Positions 59,634-64,000 of a stretch of 64,000 nucleotides of DNA are shown piece after piece. Each line of letters opens with the position of its first letter. The first letter of the stretch is position 1. The position numbers were made by a program, and so were the translations under genes. Origin of the DNA: Spirochaetia bacterium (GTDB lineage Bacteria; Spirochaetota; Spirochaetia; SZUA-6; Bin103); contig CBDCDL010000001.1 of NCBI GenBank assembly GCA_965215345.1, positions 448,251 through 512,250 on the forward strand, written 5' to 3'. The notes under the pieces are model-generated. The model worked only from the letters and a program-made list of their open reading frames with translations. It searched no databases and was not told the DNA's origin.

Positions 59634-60287
59634 TCAGAAGTCGATGCCGCGCTGTGCCTTGATGCCGGCCTGGAACGGGTGCTTGACTTCGACCATCTCG
59701 CTCACCAGGTCGGCGTAGTCGATCAGTTCGGGCGGAGCGTCGCGGCCGGTCAGGATCACGTGCGTCCGGGACGAGCGAGCCTCCAGGCACTGCAGGACCT
59801 CGTCCGCCGGCAGGTAGTCGTAGCTCATCACCACGTTGATCTCGTCGAGGACGACCAGGTCGAGATCGCCCCCGGTGATCATCTCGCGCGCGATGGCGAG
59901 TCCCGAGCGCGCGGTGGCGATGTCCGCCTCCCGGTCCTGGGTGTCCCAGGTGAATCCCGAGCCGGTGGTGCGCCACTCCAGCAGGTCCGGGAAGCGGCTG
60001 AAGAACTGGCGCTCGCCGGTCTTCCATGCGCCCTTGATGAACTGGACGACGCCGACGCGCTTGCCCCAGCCGAGGGCGCGCGACACGACGCCGAAGGCGG
60101 CGCTCGACTTGCCCTTGCCGTTGCCGGTGTGAACCAGCACCAGCCCGTGGTCCGGATTCGACGCACGGGCGACCCTGGCTCGCTGCTCGGCCTGCAGCTC
60201 GCGCATGCGCTCGGCGTGCTCGCGGTCCGTCGGGGCAGCGTGCCGAGTCGCTCCGCTCACTCTTCGAGTGAGGTTCGCTCCGCTCAC
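59634..60287 (-). CDS. cobO: Cob(I)yrinic acid a,c-diamide adenosyltransferase (CobO/BtuR type)
   Basis: The P-loop-like VLVHTGNGKGKSSAAFGVVSRALGWGKRVGVVQFIKG is characteristic of CobA/CobO. Confidence 0.85.
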   Translation of the reverse strand: MSGANLTRRVSGATRHAAPTDREHAERMRELQAEQRARVARASNPDHGLVLVHTGNGKGKSSAAFGVVSRALGWGKRVGVVQFIKGAWKTGERQFFSRFPDLLEWRTTGSGFTWDTQDREADIATARSGLAIAREMITGGDLDLVVLDEINVVMSYDYLPADEVLQCLEARSSRTHVILTGRDAPPELIDYADLVSEMVEVKHPFQAGIKAQRGIDF

Positions 60288-61198
60288 TCGGATACCACGT
60301 CGAACGCCGCGAACACGTCGTTCAGCAGCACCGGCAGCAGCACGAACGGTCCGTCTGCGTCGGACGAGGTCGCCACGTGCGCGGCCTCGGCCTTCGGATA
60401 GATCGTCAGCCGGTGCGAGGTTTCGGCACCGCGAAACTCCAGTTCCACCAGCGGCGCGGCCTCCGGGACGGGTTCGACGAAACGGGTGGCCACCATCCCC
60501 GCCAGGCGGTCCAGCGCCCGCCTGATCGTCTCGGGATCGCGATCACCGCCGCCGACAGCGCTCCAGGTTACCGACTCCTCCTGTGTCGGCGGCACGCCGC
60601 GCCGCAGCTCCAGGGTTCCGGCCGCGGTCCGCACCGAGATCGCGGAGACGTCGGCCGTCCCGAAGCTCAGGATCGACTTGTCGCGCAGCACCTGCTCCTG
60701 CGTCGAGAAGACGCGGGTCAGGTCGCCGGTCGCCTGGTACACGCGCGGGTCGTCGTCGATCAGCACGTAGGTGTGGCTGTAGGTCGGCGCCCGCTTGCCG
60801 ATCCTGAGCACCCGCAGGCGGTCGGAGCCCTCCAGGAACGTGGCGGTGATGGCCTCCGTCTCGTCCAGGCCGTAGCGCCCGTAGGTCGGCTCTTCGGCGA
60901 TCAGGTCACTCAGGGTGAGGGTGGCCGCGACGCGCACCATGCCGTCGACGACCCTGGGCTCCGCGGAATAGTCCGGGCCGTCGATCAGCCAGCCGTCTTC
61001 GGTGCGCTGCAGCACCACCCGCGCCTCGCCGCGCTCGACCTCGACCCGGTCGACGGCGGCCTCCGCCATCGGCGGCAGGACCGGCAGCTCGTAGTGCAGC
61101 CGGTCGTCGCGCCGCACGACCAAGTAGACCGACAGGGCGGCGATGATCGCCAGCGGCAGCGCGTAGCGAAGCAGCGCGCGAACGGCCAGGCTCACGAC
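60284..61198 (-). CDS. DUF4340 domain protein (accessory to the GldG/ABC-2 system)
   Basis: N-terminal TM segment, typical positioning downstream of gldG-like genes, and ATGA-type coupling with cobO. The GTG start at 61198 is uncertain. Confidence 0.55.
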   Translation of the reverse strand, partial: VVSLAVRALLRYALPLAIIAALSVYLVVRRDDRLHYELPVLPPMAEAAVDRVEVERGEARVVLQRTEDGWLIDGPDYSAEPRVVDGMVRVAATLTLSDLIAEEPTYGRYGLDETEAITATFLEGSDRLRVLRIGKRAPTYSHTYVLIDDDPRVYQATGDLTRVFSTQEQVLRDKSILSFGTADVSAISVRTAAGTLELRRGVPPTQEESVTWSAVGGGDRDPETIRRALDRLAGMVATRFVEPVPEAAPLVELEFRGAETSHRLTIYPKAEAAHVATSSDADGPFVLLPVLLNDVFAAFDVVSE

Positions 61199-63354
61199 GC
61201 GCTCCCGCCTGCCCGCGCACCCGCCGCCGCCTGCCCGAAGCGCGCCTGAATGCCGCGCTGCCGCAGGCGCCACCACAGCCAGAGCGCAGCCCCGGCCAGC
61301 GCCACCAGGGCCGGCGGCCCGGCGATCAGGAAGGTCTTCACGGCGCTCTGGATATCCGTGGAGAAGGTGCCGAGGCGCCGCACCAGGCCGCCGCGGCCGC
61401 GCAGCGCGGCGCGATCCTCCTGGCCCGAGAGGTAGTCGACCAGGTTGTGTATCAGCATCGTGTTCGGGTTCTGCTGCCCGGCCTCGATGAAGCCGTTGCC
61501 CAGGATGGTGGAAGTGCCGATCACGAACAGCCGCGCGCCGGGCGCGCTCTCCGGCACTACCTGCGGCGCGGCCTGCACCGCATCGCCGGAGAGCAGCATC
61601 CCCTCCTGTTCCTCGTCGTCGTCCTCGTCGACCGGCCGCACCGGTGGGGTCCGATCGGCGAAGTAGCTGGTGAAGCGCCCCTCGCCGTAGACCGCCAGCA
61701 GGTTTGCTGCCCGCTCCTCGGCCGGCGGCGGCGTCGTGGCGCGGGGGTCGATCAGATCGGTGCTGCCGGGCACCTCATAGGCGGTGGCGGAGCTGCGCAG
61801 CGCCTCCACGAAGCGCGCGTCCGGCTGCGCGCCGGTGAGCTCCAGCGGCGACGCGTTCATCACCAGGATGTCGTCCAGCCGCTGCAGCGGCGGCCACGAG
61901 GTATCCATCTCCGAGCGGCGCACGATCGGTACGAAGGCGATGCGGCTCTCGGTCACGCCGCCGCGCTCGTTCGGCTGGACCTGCACGAACGCCTGCTCGT
62001 CGTCGAGCACGTAGGTTGGGCGCACCCGCACCCCGTAGTGGGCGAGCAACTCCTCCAGGCCGGTCTGGCGCGGGACTTGCAGCGAGCTGCCGCCGGTGAA
62101 CGTCTGGGTGGTGAAGATGGAGTGCGTGTCGACGAACGCCAGCAGCGCACCGCCCCGCATCAGATGCTGGTCGATCTGGAAGAGCGCCCACTCGCTGAGC
62201 GGCTCCTGCGGCGAGACGATCAGCAGCGTGCGCAGGTCGGGCGGGATCTCGCGGTCCGCAAGCAGCAGGCCGCGGTACTGGTAGTCGCGCGACAGCAGCG
62301 CGAACAGGTCCGCCAGATCGGTCATCACCGGCTGCCGTCCCTCGGTGAGGTTGCCGCGGTAGGGCGGGGTCCCGAAGTCGGCCAGGTAGCCGATCTCCGG
62401 CTGGCTGCCGAGCAGGCCCTTGAGCGTGCTGTCGACCGATCGCCGGATCGTCTCCGGATCGGCCACGCGGGCGCCCTGCGGCGTGGTCTCGATCAGGTTG
62501 AGCGTCAGCGTCTTGCCCTCCGAGGAGAGGACGACGCCGGCGTAGGCGAAACGCTCCTCACCGTCGGCGGTGCGGAAGCCCAAGGGCGTGAGCTGCAGGC
62601 GCAGGGCGTCCATCGGATCGAGCCCGGTCGCGGACGGGTCGACGGCCGTGAAGGCCAGCCGGCCGAAGTAGGAGCCGTCGAGCTCCTCGACGATCTGGCC
62701 TACTGCGGCCGGCAACGCCTGCAGCCCGGGGTTGAGCGCGGCCAGCTCGCCCGAAAAGTAGAGCCGCACCGCGATGTCCTCCTCGAGCGCCAGCAGCACG
62801 CTGACCCGCTCGGTCAGGCGGCCGATCGCTTCCGTGATCCGCATCTCCAGCCCGTCGGTGCTGGTCAGGGCGCCGATCGTCTCCACCAGGTCGCCATGCA
62901 CGATCGCCAGGCCGGAGTACACGGAGCGCACCACCACCTCCGTGCGGTCGACCTGCTCCACCTGGATCGGGTAGATCAGGTAGTCGCGCGCCAGCACCTC
63001 GGTCTCCTGCGCTTCCGGGCCGTCGCCGATGGTATGGAAGGTGCTGTTGAAGAACTCGCCGCCGTGCTGGGCATAGGAGTCGAACAGGTCCTTCACCGCG
63101 CGCTCGATGTTGTTGAACGGCGCCTGCAGGTCGGTCGAGAAGAACGCCCGGATCGTCAGCGGCTCCCGCAGGCGGCTGACCGCCTCGATGCTCTGCGGCG
63201 CCAGCGAGTGCACCTTCCCCTCGGTGAGATCGGCCTGGAAGAACAGGGTGGTGGAGGCGGCGTTGAGAAGCACCACCGCCCCCAGCCAGAGCAGCGGCGG
63301 GACCAGGCGGTCGGCGAGCCGCCACGGGGAGCGCCGGTCGATGTCCTGCCTCAT
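61192..63354 (-). CDS. GldG-like ABC-transporter auxiliary protein
   Basis: A ~720-aa protein with N- and C-terminal TM anchors, positioned directly after an ABC-2 permease gene. Confidence 0.65.
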   Translation of the reverse strand: MRQDIDRRSPWRLADRLVPPLLWLGAVVLLNAASTTLFFQADLTEGKVHSLAPQSIEAVSRLREPLTIRAFFSTDLQAPFNNIERAVKDLFDSYAQHGGEFFNSTFHTIGDGPEAQETEVLARDYLIYPIQVEQVDRTEVVVRSVYSGLAIVHGDLVETIGALTSTDGLEMRITEAIGRLTERVSVLLALEEDIAVRLYFSGELAALNPGLQALPAAVGQIVEELDGSYFGRLAFTAVDPSATGLDPMDALRLQLTPLGFRTADGEERFAYAGVVLSSEGKTLTLNLIETTPQGARVADPETIRRSVDSTLKGLLGSQPEIGYLADFGTPPYRGNLTEGRQPVMTDLADLFALLSRDYQYRGLLLADREIPPDLRTLLIVSPQEPLSEWALFQIDQHLMRGGALLAFVDTHSIFTTQTFTGGSSLQVPRQTGLEELLAHYGVRVRPTYVLDDEQAFVQVQPNERGGVTESRIAFVPIVRRSEMDTSWPPLQRLDDILVMNASPLELTGAQPDARFVEALRSSATAYEVPGSTDLIDPRATTPPPAEERAANLLAVYGEGRFTSYFADRTPPVRPVDEDDDEEQEGMLLSGDAVQAAPQVVPESAPGARLFVIGTSTILGNGFIEAGQQNPNTMLIHNLVDYLSGQEDRAALRGRGGLVRRLGTFSTDIQSAVKTFLIAGPPALVALAGAALWLWWRLRQRGIQARFGQAAAGARAGGSAS

Positions 63355-64000
63355 GGCCGCCGCCTCAGGGCGAAGCCGGTGCCCGTCAGGAAGACGGCGA
63401 TGCCGGACAGGAAGTAGACCAGGTCGCGCGAGTCGAGCACGCCGCGCGCGATGTTGCGGAAGTGGTAGTCCGCTCCCAGGTGCTGCACCACCGCGGTGAT
63501 CCTGCCCGGCACGTAGATCAGCAGGTCGTCGATCAGTGCCAGGCTCACCGAGATCGCCAAGCCGATCACGAACGCGACGATCTGGTTGCGGGTCAGTGCC
63601 GAGGCGAGGATGCCCACCGAGCAGTACAGCGCGATGAGCAGCACGGCGCCGATGTAGCCGGCCACCACCGGCCCCCAGTCCAGGTCCCCGAGCCGCGAGA
63701 TCACGATCGGGTACAGGACGGTCGGCGCCAGCACCAGCACGACGAAGCCGACGGCGCCGGTGAACTTGCCGATCAGGACGTCCAGGTGGGTCACCGGCAG
63801 CGTGGCCAGCACCTCGTAGGAGCCGGTCGAAAACTCCTCCGCGAACGCGCGCATGGTCACCGCCGGCACCATCAGCGCCAGGGTGAGCGGCAGCAGCTCG
63901 AAGAACTGGCGCAGGTCGGCGCGCCCGCCCAGGAAGAACGGCTGCATGAACAGCCAGCCGGTCATCACCAGGAAGACGATCGCGACGATGTAGCCGATCG
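63351..64000 (-). CDS. ABC-2 type transporter permease (GldF-like), 5' end beyond the window
   Basis: Multi-TM protein. The reading frame stays open to the window edge. Confidence 0.6.
   Translation of the reverse strand, partial: IGYIVAIVFLVMTGWLFMQPFFLGGRADLRQFFELLPLTLALMVPAVTMRAFAEEFSTGSYEVLATLPVTHLDVLIGKFTGAVGFVVLVLAPTVLYPIVISRLGDLDWGPVVAGYIGAVLLIALYCSVGILASALTRNQIVAFVIGLAISVSLALIDDLLIYVPGRITAVVQHLGADYHFRNIARGVLDSRDLVYFLSGIAVFLTGTGFALRRRP

Noticed and set aside
61447-63417. 656-aa plus-strand ORF antisense to the GldG-like gene
   Set aside because: Low-complexity translation. The sense strand encodes a coherent TM-anchored GldG-like protein.

Overview
This window is high-GC (roughly 70%) bacterial DNA with a strongly accessory, mosaic character. 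No rRNA, tRNA or CRISPR array was recognised.

Recognisable core genes:
- Ergothioneine biosynthesis: the 3' end of egtB followed by egtD.
- A MoxR AAA+ ATPase / DUF58 / membrane-protein operon.
- At the 3' end, a run of cobO (corrinoid adenosyltransferase), a DUF4340 protein, a GldG-like protein and an ABC-2 permease.

Most of the window is paralog expansion plus selfish or defence-type cargo:
- At least seven phytanoyl-CoA dioxygenase (PhyH) family genes. One is fused to a carbon-nitrogen hydrolase domain, and two are each preceded by a paralogous small uncharacterised protein.
- Four paralogous beta-propeller glycoside-hydrolase-like genes, arranged as two tandem pairs.
- Individual enzymes: GH29 fucosidase, GH4 glycosidase, sulfatase, creatininase-family amidase, TauD dioxygenase, ribokinase, Gfo/Idh oxidoreductase, FAH-family protein, VOC protein, PP2C phosphatase and a fatty-acid hydroxylase.
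- Two fused ABC exporters, flanked by a decayed direct duplication.
- About eight toxin-antitoxin-like modules: VapBC twice, MNT/HEPN three times in unusual fusions, and DUF4160/DUF2442.
- A lower-GC two-gene ATPase + PD-(D/E)xK-like module that looks like a defence system.
- A NYN-cold-shock-domain fusion gene behind an ~800-bp AT-rich leader.
- An IS 'graveyard' (one DDE transposase plus two IS 3' fragments) and several pseudogenes.
- In-frame 15-bp tandem repeats inside three unrelated enzymes.

All functional calls come from reading the translated ORFs for recognisable motifs and domain order. No database search was run.
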